The position numbers and the translations under genes are program-made. This document shows positions 39,754 to 48,608 of a DNA stretch of 54,616 nt, one piece after another. The number at the start of each line of letters is the position of its first letter. Positions within the stretch are counted from its first letter, which is position 1. The notes beneath the pieces are model-generated. The model made no database searches and was not told the DNA's origin. It saw only the letters and a program-made list of their open reading frames with translations. The stretch comes from a virus (taxonomy: Duplodnaviria > Caudoviricetes), in IMG/VR virus record IMGVR_UViG_3300042448_002124, positions 1 through 54,616 of that record, one strand, 5' to 3'.

Positions 39754-40560
39754 ATGAAGAAAACCGCACCAGTTCAAAAAACTGACGAATTAAATTACTA
39801 CATCAAGGATTTGAAAAAAATCCCAGTAATTGACCCCCAAAGAGAGTATGAAGTTTTTGTGCTTCTTAAGGATAAAAAATTAAGCAAGGAAGTTCGACAG
39901 AAGTTGACGGACGAGATGGTTGTTGGTAATTTACGTTTTGTTATATCTGTTGCGAAAATGTACCAAAATCAAGGATTGGATCTTTTGGATTTAATATCGG
40001 AAGGAAATATTGGTTTGATAAAAGCAATTGAAAGATTTGATATCACTTCCGGTTTCAAATTTATATCGTACGCTGTTTGGTGGGTTAAACAATCCATTAT
40101 GGCTGCATTAAATGAATATGCTAGAACAATACGCGTACCATCCAATGTTTTACAAGATGCGCAAAAACAAAAGAAGATAGACGAGAACGACGACACTTAC
40201 TTAATTGAATATAACGACACCTCTTTAATGGGTATTCCATCAACAGTAGATTTATTTAAAGAAATTAATGAAGACGGAGATACATTGATTGAAGTGATTA
40301 ATAACCCAAATGCTGAAGATCCTATGTCAGCATTAAATAATTTAGATGAGGTTAAAAAAAGAATGAAGTATATGTTGTCGATATTAGACGACAGAGAAAA
40401 AACAATAATTGAAGGTTATTTTGGTTTATGTGGTTCTGAACGCAATTTAGATGACCTAGGAGAAGAATTTGGTTGTACTAAAGAAAGAATTAGACAACTA
40501 AAAGACAAGGCCTTAAAGAAACTTAGGAATGAGAGTTTTGGGCTGTTAAACTATTTATAA
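39754..40560 (+). CDS. RNA polymerase sigma-70 family factor (RpoD/RpoH-like, no region 1.1)
   Basis: Region 1.2 LNYYIKDL; region 2 NLRFVISVAK..DLISEGNIGLIKA.ERFD..GFKFISYAVWW; region 4 LDDLGEEFGCTKERIRQL. Confidence 0.93.
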   Translation: MKKTAPVQKTDELNYYIKDLKKIPVIDPQREYEVFVLLKDKKLSKEVRQKLTDEMVVGNLRFVISVAKMYQNQGLDLLDLISEGNIGLIKAIERFDITSGFKFISYAVWWVKQSIMAALNEYARTIRVPSNVLQDAQKQKKIDENDDTYLIEYNDTSLMGIPSTVDLFKEINEDGDTLIEVINNPNAEDPMSALNNLDEVKKRMKYMLSILDDREKTIIEGYFGLCGSERNLDDLGEEFGCTKERIRQLKDKALKKLRNESFGLLNYL

Positions 40561-40565
40561 ACTGT

Positions 40566-42068
40566 ATGAGTAAAAATTGGTTAAAATACTTAGTAGCGAT
40601 TTCCGCTATTATGATTGCAGGCAGCGCCGCCTACTTTTCTGTAACAGGTTTAAGTGTGTTATTTAGCGGTGCAGCGATTGCTGTAATGATCATGGCCGGT
40701 TCATTAGAGTTCGCTAAGTTAGTTACTGCAACATACCTTAAACAAGAATGGAACTCAATTAGTGGCGTTAATAAATGGTATTTAACTTCCGCTGTAGTGA
40801 TTCTAATGGGAATTACTTCTGCGGGTATTTTTGGTTACCTATCAAACGCGTTTCAACAACAAAATATTAAATTAGAACAAGTACAAAGAGAGGTTGATGT
40901 TTGGAACAACAAAATAACGTACGCTAATCAACAAATTACCACATTACAAGGTCAACAAAAAGATTTATCAACAACGCAAAATACTTTAATAACTAAAGGT
41001 AATGTGAATAGTAGGTTATTACGTTCAGTTGACAATCGCGACAAACAATCAAATACAGTCAATAAAAAAATAAACTCTTTACAAGATTCTGTTGTTGTTT
41101 ATAATGGTAAGATTAATGACATTAAAAACGCTAACATTGATATCGAAAGAGAAGTTGGTGGATTTAGGTTTGTTGCCGAAGCATTTGGTGTTGAATTAAA
41201 ATCAGTTGTTAAGTTTTTTATATTTTTAATTGTAATAGTATTTGACCCGTTAGCGGTCGCTTTAGTTATTTCATTCAACCAATTAGTTATGACAAAAAGA
41301 AAAGACGAAGAAGAGGTTGTAAAAGAAAAAGAAGAGGTTGACGTAAAAGAAGTTGTTGATGAATCTGCTAGGTTGAAATTATCTGAAGAAGATTTAAAAA
41401 AACTAGAAGAAATATTACTGAATCCACCCCCACCAAACGAAGCGTTAAAAAATGCTGCAAAAAAATACGAAGAAGAAGTTGTAGAAAAAAAATCAATTTT
41501 TCCTGAAGGGATGGAATATGATGAAGAATACAATCGACCTGTTTACAACACTAAAACTGAAATTTCACAAGAAGAAAGAAAAGAAATATTGGTTGATATT
41601 ATCAAACATGACGAAGAGATAGGGTTATATAATGAACCTTTCGACAACCCAATGATTAAGAAAGGTGATGTTGACTTAAAAGAGATTGCAGAAAAATTAC
41701 AAGATAGAGAATTGTTTCCCGAATCTAATCAAAGAGCAAAAGAGATAATTGAAAATTCAAATTTGGATGCGATTTTAATGGATGGTTTAGGAGATGAAGA
41801 TTGGAGTAGTTTTGAACAACATTGGATTAAACAAACAGAGGAAGAACTTTCCACTATAGAACCAACTGAAGAAGAAGAAAGTAGAAATTTTTCCACTATA
41901 ACCCCAGAACCAACGAATTTTTTCCAAAAAGATGAATATGTTCCATCATTATCCGATGAAGAGGTTAATGAAATGGTTTTAGATGAATGGGAAAGAAATT
42001 TAGATATGGATGAAGAACAAGACGGAATAGATGATCAAACATCTGATACCGAAAAAAAAAAGAGTTAG
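40566..42068 (+). CDS. Multi-pass membrane protein with a coiled-coil loop and long acidic tail
   Basis: Three N-terminal TMs, Q/N-rich coiled coil, fourth TM (FFIFLIVIVFDPLAVAL), E/D-rich C-terminus ending EKKKS on an A10 run. Confidence 0.8.
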   Translation: MSKNWLKYLVAISAIMIAGSAAYFSVTGLSVLFSGAAIAVMIMAGSLEFAKLVTATYLKQEWNSISGVNKWYLTSAVVILMGITSAGIFGYLSNAFQQQNIKLEQVQREVDVWNNKITYANQQITTLQGQQKDLSTTQNTLITKGNVNSRLLRSVDNRDKQSNTVNKKINSLQDSVVVYNGKINDIKNANIDIEREVGGFRFVAEAFGVELKSVVKFFIFLIVIVFDPLAVALVISFNQLVMTKRKDEEEVVKEKEEVDVKEVVDESARLKLSEEDLKKLEEILLNPPPPNEALKNAAKKYEEEVVEKKSIFPEGMEYDEEYNRPVYNTKTEISQEERKEILVDIIKHDEEIGLYNEPFDNPMIKKGDVDLKEIAEKLQDRELFPESNQRAKEIIENSNLDAILMDGLGDEDWSSFEQHWIKQTEEELSTIEPTEEEESRNFSTITPEPTNFFQKDEYVPSLSDEEVNEMVLDEWERNLDMDEEQDGIDDQTSDTEKKKS

Positions 42069-42403
42069 AATTCCTATTAGAAGAAATACTTTCAACCCCT
42101 ACTAACACACCAACTGAAACGATAACCCCAACACCAACTCCAACAGTAACTGAAACTGTTACACCAACACCTACAATAACCTTAACGCCAACGGTAACAA
42201 TTACACCTACAGATCTTCAAGAAGTAGATTCATTGTATTTGGAGGATGGGGATTTACCAATTGAATTAAAAGAGGAAGAAACTCCGGGTGAGGTCACATA
42301 TGATGAAAACCCAACGAATAATGCATTTATCCCAATTATAAGACCAACTAGCAAAATTATCCAAAGAAATGTTAGAAATTCGAAACGTAGAGGTTTTAGA
42401 TAA
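42047..42403 (+). CDS. Start-less -1 frame extension of the 40566 gene (Thr-Pro-Thr plus acidic, 113 aa after the shift site)
   Basis: Open between TGA 42044-46 and TAA 42401-03 with no in-frame ATG; translates [58 protein letters not shown]...RRGFR. Confidence 0.65.
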   Translation, partial: YRKKKELEFLLEEILSTPTNTPTETITPTPTPTVTETVTPTPTITLTPTVTITPTDLQEVDSLYLEDGDLPIELKEEETPGEVTYDENPTNNAFIPIIRPTSKIIQRNVRNSKRRGFR

Positions 42404-42995
42404 TAAAAAATATAAATTAAAGAAGACAAAAGTAAAAAGGAAACAAATTCTTCTATTTGATACACATAGAAGGGTTAATGACTATTTTATGATGTTAAAA
42501 CACAGAAATAATGGTAATTACCAAGATATTCCACACTTTTGCGTTGATAAATTAGGGGTCATTTATAAGATATTAGACACCAACTACACTTCCAATACAT
42601 TTAATTCGTCTAAAATAGATAATAATCAAATAAAGATAGCCATAGAGAACTTAGGGTGGCTAAACAAAAATACCATAAGCGGTATATACATGAATTGGAT
42701 AAATGATCCATATCGAGGCGACCCATATATCAAAAGTTGGCGAAATTATTATTATTGGGATAACTACACAGAACCCCAAATGTCCTCGTTAGTTGATTTG
42801 GTTATGACACTATGTGTTGAGCATAATATAAACTATTATTCAGCACCTTCATCTGGTTTTATTGAAAACGCAGAAAAGTTCCTTGGAATTGTTAGTAAAT
42901 CGAACTTTTCCGATATTTATACAGATATAAACCCGTCATTTAATTTTAATATTTTTGAAGATTATGTCAAACAAATCGAAATGGGGCTACGATGA
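42369..42995 (+). CDS. N-acetylmuramoyl-L-alanine amidase (Amidase_2)-like protein with degenerate Zn ligands
   Basis: PHFCVDKLG.IY, IAIENLG, YTEPQMSSLVDL and TDINP are present; the expected His positions read LLFDT and VSKSN. Confidence 0.65.
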   Translation: MLEIRNVEVLDNKKYKLKKTKVKRKQILLFDTHRRVNDYFMMLKHRNNGNYQDIPHFCVDKLGVIYKILDTNYTSNTFNSSKIDNNQIKIAIENLGWLNKNTISGIYMNWINDPYRGDPYIKSWRNYYYWDNYTEPQMSSLVDLVMTLCVEHNINYYSAPSSGFIENAEKFLGIVSKSNFSDIYTDINPSFNFNIFEDYVKQIEMGLR

Positions 42996-43485
42996 GACCA
43001 AAACAATGCTAAATAAGATTAGATCCTTGAATGAATCTAAAGCATCATCGAACCTAATAATGGAAGATGAATCACAAGACCCAACGCTTGATGATCAAAG
43101 CACACAAAATAAGGATTTCACCGTTATAAACGATGTTGAGGTTAAAGTCCACTCATCAGACACTGCGGACCTAGAAATCACTGAGGAAGAAAAAACAGCA
43201 ATATCTTCTTTGATTGACAATTTTCGCCAACAAGTGGATGAAATGACAGAATTCACCGAAGGTTTTAATATTACCAGCGAACAGGTTCGTTTGGATGGTA
43301 AAATCACCGACAAGGACATTAGTTTTGTTTTTATCACTGGTAACGATGAAACTGGTGTGTATGTTAATGCTGATATGTTAAAATTGGACCAAGAAGTGAT
43401 TACAACGATAGAAAAATTAGAGAAGTTTTACCATTCATTCACTGATTCAATGAATGAATTAATTTTAAATAGAAAGCATAATTAA
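42964..43485 (+). CDS. Acidic hypothetical protein (putative head/internal virion protein)
   Basis: ATG 42964; TKTMLNKIRSLNES...LIMEDE; TATTTAT at 42914. Confidence 0.6.
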   Translation: MSNKSKWGYDETKTMLNKIRSLNESKASSNLIMEDESQDPTLDDQSTQNKDFTVINDVEVKVHSSDTADLEITEEEKTAISSLIDNFRQQVDEMTEFTEGFNITSEQVRLDGKITDKDISFVFITGNDETGVYVNADMLKLDQEVITTIEKLEKFYHSFTDSMNELILNRKHN

Positions 43486-43486
43486 A

Positions 43487-43726
43487 ATGGCATTAAGTAA
43501 CGACGATAAGAAAGATATTGAAAAGATTGTTAAAAAAGAGATTAAGGATTTCATGGACACAACTAAGGCCCATGAAGTTGTCGTTAAAATAATTCAGAAA
43601 GAACTAGGAACGAAAAAGATTGACGAGAAAATTGTAGATTTATCAACAAAAGTAGTTGTTGAACTCTTTAAAACTCTTTGGCAAAGGAAGTCCTTCTGGG
43701 AATCACCATTAAAAGGTGTGAGATAA
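43487..43726 (+). CDS. Hypothetical protein
   Basis: 79-aa helical ORF, tightly packed and TAATG-coupled to the next gene. Confidence 0.7.
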   Translation: MALSNDDKKDIEKIVKKEIKDFMDTTKAHEVVVKIIQKELGTKKIDEKIVDLSTKVVVELFKTLWQRKSFWESPLKGVR

Positions 43727-44577
43727 TGAAATATATTAAACCAAATTTTGAACACGAGTGGGATGAAGCGACTAGATACCCTTTCTTTGAAGAAATGGGT
43801 AAGGAAGAATGGTTCAAATTTGTTATGGACAACTCATCCATTAAAAACTATAGCGATATTAAAAATGAGTTAGGTAATGTTGATTTAGATTTCGAAAATC
43901 TAAAAAAAGAAAAACAAGAAAGATTCCTTAAAAATTTTAAATCAGGTAAACTAGAGTTACCTATTGCTGTTAAGATCTATTCTGATTATTATGATCTAGT
44001 TGCTGGTAACACCAGAATAGCCGGTTTGGTAAAAAACAAGATTGATCCTAAAATATTGGTAATAGACGCCACAAAAGTTATTCCAGAAGACGAAAAATTC
44101 GAACTAGAAGAAACTGGCGCGGATTCAGCAGGAGCATTTGATGCAAACGCCTTTGGTTCAACAACAGTTAAAGGTACCGGTAAATTATCAAACACTAAAG
44201 AATATAACGTACAAGGTGAATTTAAAGAAGCAACCGACGCATCGTCCGCAGGTGCTTTTGATGTGCCGTTATTTGGCTCTACAAAAGGTAGAAGAGATCC
44301 ATTAAGAATAGATGGTGAAAAGAGTATCATGCAGAGTAGAGCGGTTGTAGATAAGAAATTCCCTAAATGGGGTGGTCCAGGTAGTAAATTCGTTAGAGTT
44401 AAAGATAAATGTAAAAAATTCCCTTATTGTAACCAAGGCGACACCGGGGCTATCGAGATGTACGAACAAATAAGTGAATTAAGGGTGGTTATAGAGAATG
44501 CAGCAAAAAAACACGGAATTTCAGTGAAAGATGTTGAAAAATTAGTGTTAAATGATATAAAAGATATATTTATTTAG
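43726..44577 (+). CDS. Hypothetical protein with a ParB/Srx-like segment and duplicated SAGAFD motif
   Basis: ATG 43726 overlaps TAA; LPIAVK...DLVAGNTRIAGL; ETGADSAGAFD / EATDASSAGAFD; C-terminal KCKKFPYCNQG. Confidence 0.55.
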   Translation: MKYIKPNFEHEWDEATRYPFFEEMGKEEWFKFVMDNSSIKNYSDIKNELGNVDLDFENLKKEKQERFLKNFKSGKLELPIAVKIYSDYYDLVAGNTRIAGLVKNKIDPKILVIDATKVIPEDEKFELEETGADSAGAFDANAFGSTTVKGTGKLSNTKEYNVQGEFKEATDASSAGAFDVPLFGSTKGRRDPLRIDGEKSIMQSRAVVDKKFPKWGGPGSKFVRVKDKCKKFPYCNQGDTGAIEMYEQISELRVVIENAAKKHGISVKDVEKLVLNDIKDIFI

Positions 44578-44578
44578 T

Positions 44579-45976
44579 ATGAAAGTTAAAGAATTAAAAC
44601 AATTAATAGAAAATACAATAACTAGTGAGGTTAAGAGAAGAATTACCGAGAGTACGGATGAAGTGTATATTATAAAAAATAAAAAGGGTGAACCAATTGA
44701 AATGTGTGACACTCAAGAAGAGGCCGATCAAAAATTAGATAGTTACCAAAAAGGTGATGAAGGCCAAGAGTTCATTATTGAAAAAGGGTCTAGATTATCT
44801 TTTGATGAATTAGATAATATGGGCGAAAAAACAGAAACTATGAAAAAACAACAACCAGTAGACGAAAAACTAATCGGCGGACAAAAGAAATTAGATAAGA
44901 ACCATAATGGTAAATTAGATAAAGAAGATTTCAAAATGATGCAAGCCGATGAAGAAGAAGAGTGTACAGAATGCGGCGGCGGAACTATGTTAGAAGTTGA
45001 CGAGTACGCTTTACCAGAAAGTGATGAAGATGCTGTTGGTCGTATGTTTGGTGTTTCCGACGATGAAGGTGGTGCTGAATATATCACATCATTATCAGAT
45101 TTAAAAACTTTCGCAAAAAGCAATGGTAATTGTAGAATTTTCAGAAAAGGTTCTATGACAGTTATCTGTAGAAATGAAGATGAGCAAATTGAATACTTCT
45201 ATGATGTACTTGCTAATGATATTGATGATCCTAATCCTGAATTGGAATATACACACCAAGAAGAATTTGATGCATTTCCTGACGAATTAGGCGAAGATAA
45301 AGGAGTTTGTGCTGAGTGCGGAAAAGAACTTTGCGAATGCGGTTCTGGTATGTACGAATCAAAAAAGAAAGTTGTTCGTTTAACTGAAAGCGAGATGATT
45401 AAGTTTATTGCAAACTTAGTAGAAGATAGTATCCCTGGTAAAAGAAAAGCAGATGACATGCGCATAAAAAGCGGTCAAATTAATAAAGCAGGAAATAGTG
45501 CGTCAATGAAGAATGTTGAGAATTCACAAAAAATTCAAAATAGCGACGATCCTAAATTCCCAAACCAAGTAAATGCTAAAAAAGAAAAAGTAGCAAGAAT
45601 TAATTCTGACGAAGAAAATGAATATGTTGAAGATTGGAGAGGTGGTAACCCATTACATATGAAGTATGATAGTGAACCATCTAAACAATTTAAAGATAGA
45701 GTAAAAAAATCATTAGAGGGTCACAGCACGACTGGTAATTCTCAAGATGAATCAAAGGTAGCCAACGTTATAAAAAGCGATTTGGGTGCTAATATGGCTA
45801 AAGCGGCTGAAAGAAAAATGAAAAAGGTTAAAGAGATGCCTATGTACATTAAAGATAAGCAACCAACTACAACAAAGGAGCCGGTTGTTGAATCTAAAGA
45901 TACCGTTAACAAAATGATTTCTGAAGAGATCAAAAGAATGAAAGAGATGGTAGGTTACAATAAGAACACTCAATAA
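44579..45976 (+). CDS. Charged hypothetical protein (putative head-internal protein) with an EF-hand-like loop and CxxC motifs
   Basis: LDKNHNGKLDKEDF, CTECGG, CAECGKELCECG, VRLTESEMIKFI and ISEEIKRMKEM. Confidence 0.6.
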   Translation: MKVKELKQLIENTITSEVKRRITESTDEVYIIKNKKGEPIEMCDTQEEADQKLDSYQKGDEGQEFIIEKGSRLSFDELDNMGEKTETMKKQQPVDEKLIGGQKKLDKNHNGKLDKEDFKMMQADEEEECTECGGGTMLEVDEYALPESDEDAVGRMFGVSDDEGGAEYITSLSDLKTFAKSNGNCRIFRKGSMTVICRNEDEQIEYFYDVLANDIDDPNPELEYTHQEEFDAFPDELGEDKGVCAECGKELCECGSGMYESKKKVVRLTESEMIKFIANLVEDSIPGKRKADDMRIKSGQINKAGNSASMKNVENSQKIQNSDDPKFPNQVNAKKEKVARINSDEENEYVEDWRGGNPLHMKYDSEPSKQFKDRVKKSLEGHSTTGNSQDESKVANVIKSDLGANMAKAAERKMKKVKEMPMYIKDKQPTTTKEPVVESKDTVNKMISEEIKRMKEMVGYNKNTQ

Positions 45977-46026
45977 TATCCTTTTAAATTTTTTCTTTTA
46001 TCCTTATATTTTAATATATTTGGGTT

Positions 46027-46482
46027 ATGAGAAAGCAAGAAGGTTATTTAGAGTTTATCACGTCTGAAAACTACAAGAATCAAGTAGAAGTTTGGTACAA
46101 AGCATATAACATCACTCGCGAGAAGATTGATCTATTTCGTGACTTTATATTAAGTTTATATGATTTAATAGAAGAAACTTACTTAGGTCCTGATATCCTT
46201 TTTGAAGACATCGAACAAATGAATCATTTTAATTGGTGTTGGAGAAAAACCATTGAGAATTTCCAAAAAGAAAACATACCTTTTAAAGAAACCGGTGCTC
46301 ACCGCAACTATTTTTGGGCTTTTTTCCATGAAGCGTTCTATCAAAATGAAGTGGAGGGAAAAACTAACAGAATTAGGGATTATTACAATAAGTTATTCAG
46401 TTTCAATTACAAAAAGTCCAGATCCGAGTTAGATTTGTTAACTGAAGTGTACAAAACAATGGAATCTAATATCAAGAAATAA
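46027..46482 (+). CDS. Hypothetical protein
   Basis: 151-aa aromatic/helical ORF with TATATTTG 4 nt upstream. Confidence 0.7.
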   Translation: MRKQEGYLEFITSENYKNQVEVWYKAYNITREKIDLFRDFILSLYDLIEETYLGPDILFEDIEQMNHFNWCWRKTIENFQKENIPFKETGAHRNYFWAFFHEAFYQNEVEGKTNRIRDYYNKLFSFNYKKSRSELDLLTEVYKTMESNIKK

Positions 46483-46547
46483 AAAAAATACTGATATTGA
46501 CTTTGAAAACCGGAATTTATTTCGTATATTGAATTAAAATAAAGCAT

Positions 46548-46736
46548 ATGGAAACTTTGAAAAAAATCAAAGAACTTGTTGAAAAAATGTCTGTTGACAC
46601 ACAAAAAGTGTACGAAAAGGGCAACAGAAGTGCATCAATTAGAGCAAGAAAACATGCACAAGAAATAAAAGCACTACTTGGTGTTTATAGAAAAGAAATT
46701 CTAGAAGAAATTAAAAATCATGCTGAGTCAAATTAA
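46548..46736 (+). CDS. Histone H1-like Hc1-family small DNA-binding protein
   Basis: EKGNRSASIRARKHAQEIKALLGVYRK parallels the GNKAAGTRARK motif of Bacteroidota Hc1-like proteins. Confidence 0.7.
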   Translation: METLKKIKELVEKMSVDTQKVYEKGNRSASIRARKHAQEIKALLGVYRKEILEEIKNHAESN

Positions 46737-46899
46737 AGTTTACTTTTTAGTGCTTAGTTTAATTTTTTTACTAAAATTCATTTTTCAATTCGTCTCCAAA
46801 TTAAGAGACGAGAACCCCAAAGCGATGGAGGTATCTAAAACAGAAGTAACATTCATTTATTTATCTTTAGCGTATATAATAACATTCATTATAACTTAG
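46720..46899 (+). CDS. Small two-TM membrane protein (59 aa; not in the ORF track)
   Basis: MLSQIKVYFLVLSLIFLLKFIFQFVSKLRDENPKAMEVSKTEVTFIYLSLAYIITFIIT fills the gap between neighbouring genes exactly. Confidence 0.65.
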   Translation: MLSQIKVYFLVLSLIFLLKFIFQFVSKLRDENPKAMEVSKTEVTFIYLSLAYIITFIIT

Positions 46900-46902
46900 A
46901 AA

Positions 46903-47367
46903 GTGTACGAATTAATATCAGATCTTAGACCTTACTTTTTCTCATTAAGAGAAATTAAACAAAACGTTAGTTTAGACATCAGAATTCCAATAAACTGGAA
47001 ACTAGAACACGTGCATCAAGTTGTTGAACAATACAAATCTTTAACATATCAGGTTCAAGATAAGAATGATAAGAATATATTAATTTCACTTGTAAGCACT
47101 GCGGATCAAGAAGGTTTTAATGTTGCCAGAACTTGCGCTATGGAAATAATCACATATAATAAAGAAATTGAAGAGAAAGCAAGATTATTCCAACTCAAAC
47201 AAAAAGAATTACAAGATCTATACCAAAAGCAACTTAGAGAATTGGAAGATACGTTTAAGAATGAACCGTTAGATAAATTAAAAGACCCAAATTTTCGTAA
47301 AGGAGATGGACAAGAGAATACAACAAGGATTGGACTGGCTGAACAAGGAGATGAAGAAGGACAGTGA
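46903..47367 (+). CDS. Hypothetical protein with a C-terminal coiled coil
   Basis: 154-aa ORF, GTG start 3 nt after the upstream stop. Confidence 0.65.
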   Translation: MYELISDLRPYFFSLREIKQNVSLDIRIPINWKLEHVHQVVEQYKSLTYQVQDKNDKNILISLVSTADQEGFNVARTCAMEIITYNKEIEEKARLFQLKQKELQDLYQKQLRELEDTFKNEPLDKLKDPNFRKGDGQENTTRIGLAEQGDEEGQ

Positions 47368-47509
47368 GGAGGTTAAGTCCCATAAGAAAAAAGTAATTGA
47401 CGAAATAAAGAAAATAGATAAGAAAAAAATCTTCGAACCAATACCAAAAAAGAAGATATCTATATTAGAAAAGATATTAATAATATTTGGATATGGAAAA
47501 AAAAGGTGA
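47306..47509 (+). CDS. Small basic hypothetical protein
   Basis: 67 aa, overlaps both neighbours; Lys-rich with a hydrophobic C-terminal helix. Confidence 0.55.
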   Translation: MDKRIQQGLDWLNKEMKKDSEEVKSHKKKVIDEIKKIDKKKIFEPIPKKKISILEKILIIFGYGKKR

Positions 47510-47726
47510 TTTATTTAATCAATTAGCGATTATCGCTGACTTAGTTGAGAAATGTAATTTGCATACTGAAAATAAAGCAATTATTTTAGACGTTGAAAAA
47601 AACGAATTTGAAAGAATTTACAACATGGTCGCAAGAAAAAGTAGAATGTCCGGTGGATTACCAAAAAATAGTTTTAATCTAAAAATAGGTGAAGTTAATA
47701 TCGTTTTTAATACGAGTAATGTCTAA
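47493..47726 (+). CDS. Hypothetical protein
   Basis: ATG 47493; converges on the - strand gene. Confidence 0.6.
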   Translation: MEKKGDLFNQLAIIADLVEKCNLHTENKAIILDVEKNEFERIYNMVARKSRMSGGLPKNSFNLKIGEVNIVFNTSNV

Positions 47727-48354
47727 ACAATTCTCTTCTACTAAAACCTTTACTCATTAAAAAATCATAAAGTTGTTTTCGTTGATACGTCGTAACATCT
47801 TTAATAAAAAGAAAGTTCTTTTTCTTTTTTGAATGTAACTGATTTTTTAAAAGTTCAAATAACCTATCAGTATCGTATAGGTTTTTATTTCCAAATACCT
47901 TGACATCATTTTCAATTTGAACAAATATTTTATTGTTCAGAGTAAAAACTTGGCAAACTTCCTGAATGTTTAATATTTTATCGAACATCTCATGATAACG
48001 TATATGTTTTTTCGTTTCAAAATCAAACACTTTTTCCTCTTCCCACCAAGGTAATATTTCCTTAATCCTGAAATTTGGATCCTCCAAACTAACTGGTATA
48101 TTTCTACCTAATTCGTCTTTTTTGTATGCCTTATCGGTGACTGACCATCTAGTTAACGGATACACTAAAAATAATTCAAAATTTAATTTGGTTCTTTTTC
48201 TTCCTCTAATCTCTGCGCAATACGGGGGTTGTTTTTGGGTTTTATATTCTGACCAATGATCCATTATACGACTTCTATTAATCGTTTTATGTAGAACTTT
48301 CTTTTTTTTACCATTTAAATAAAGTATAATAAAATATCTAAACTTTGACTTCAT
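47707..48354 (-). CDS. Basic hypothetical protein
   Basis: 215-aa ORF, ATGA-coupled to the upstream small - strand gene. Confidence 0.7.
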   Translation of the reverse strand: MKSKFRYFIILYLNGKKKKVLHKTINRSRIMDHWSEYKTQKQPPYCAEIRGRKRTKLNFELFLVYPLTRWSVTDKAYKKDELGRNIPVSLEDPNFRIKEILPWWEEEKVFDFETKKHIRYHEMFDKILNIQEVCQVFTLNNKIFVQIENDVKVFGNKNLYDTDRLFELLKNQLHSKKKKNFLFIKDVTTYQRKQLYDFLMSKGFSRRELFRHYSY

Positions 48355-48503
48355 ATAAATTTATTGATTAACGAATAAAGACCATATACAGCCAATGCGG
48401 ACCAGACAATTACAAACAGAATTGTATATTTTTCAATATATGACGTTGTTTCCTCATATTTCTCCTTAAATTCTGATTTTTTCTTACATTCTTTGCAACC
48501 CAT
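48351..48503 (-). CDS. Small protein, MGCxxC N-terminus plus one TM (50 aa; not in the ORF track)
   Basis: MGCKECKKKSEFKEKYEETTSYIEKYTILFVIVWSALAVYGLYSLINKFI; TGA overlaps the next ATG; GTTATATTA just upstream. Confidence 0.65.
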   Translation of the reverse strand: MGCKECKKKSEFKEKYEETTSYIEKYTILFVIVWSALAVYGLYSLINKFI

Positions 48504-48608
48504 ACCGTAATATAACTATTTTTGGTCGATTTTTCAACCTATCGTTTTATTTTTCAATAATTTTCAATTATATTTAAGTAATAAGATAAAATATTTATAG
48601 AATATAAT

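Noticed and set aside
42066-42080. TAG read-through or alternative genetic code (TAG reassigned) at the end of the 40566 gene
   Set aside because: The same frame hits another TAG three codons later and the coding-like sequence is in the -1 frame. Elsewhere TAG stops (38107, 44577, 46899, 49133) are followed directly by new starts and coding density is high in code 11.
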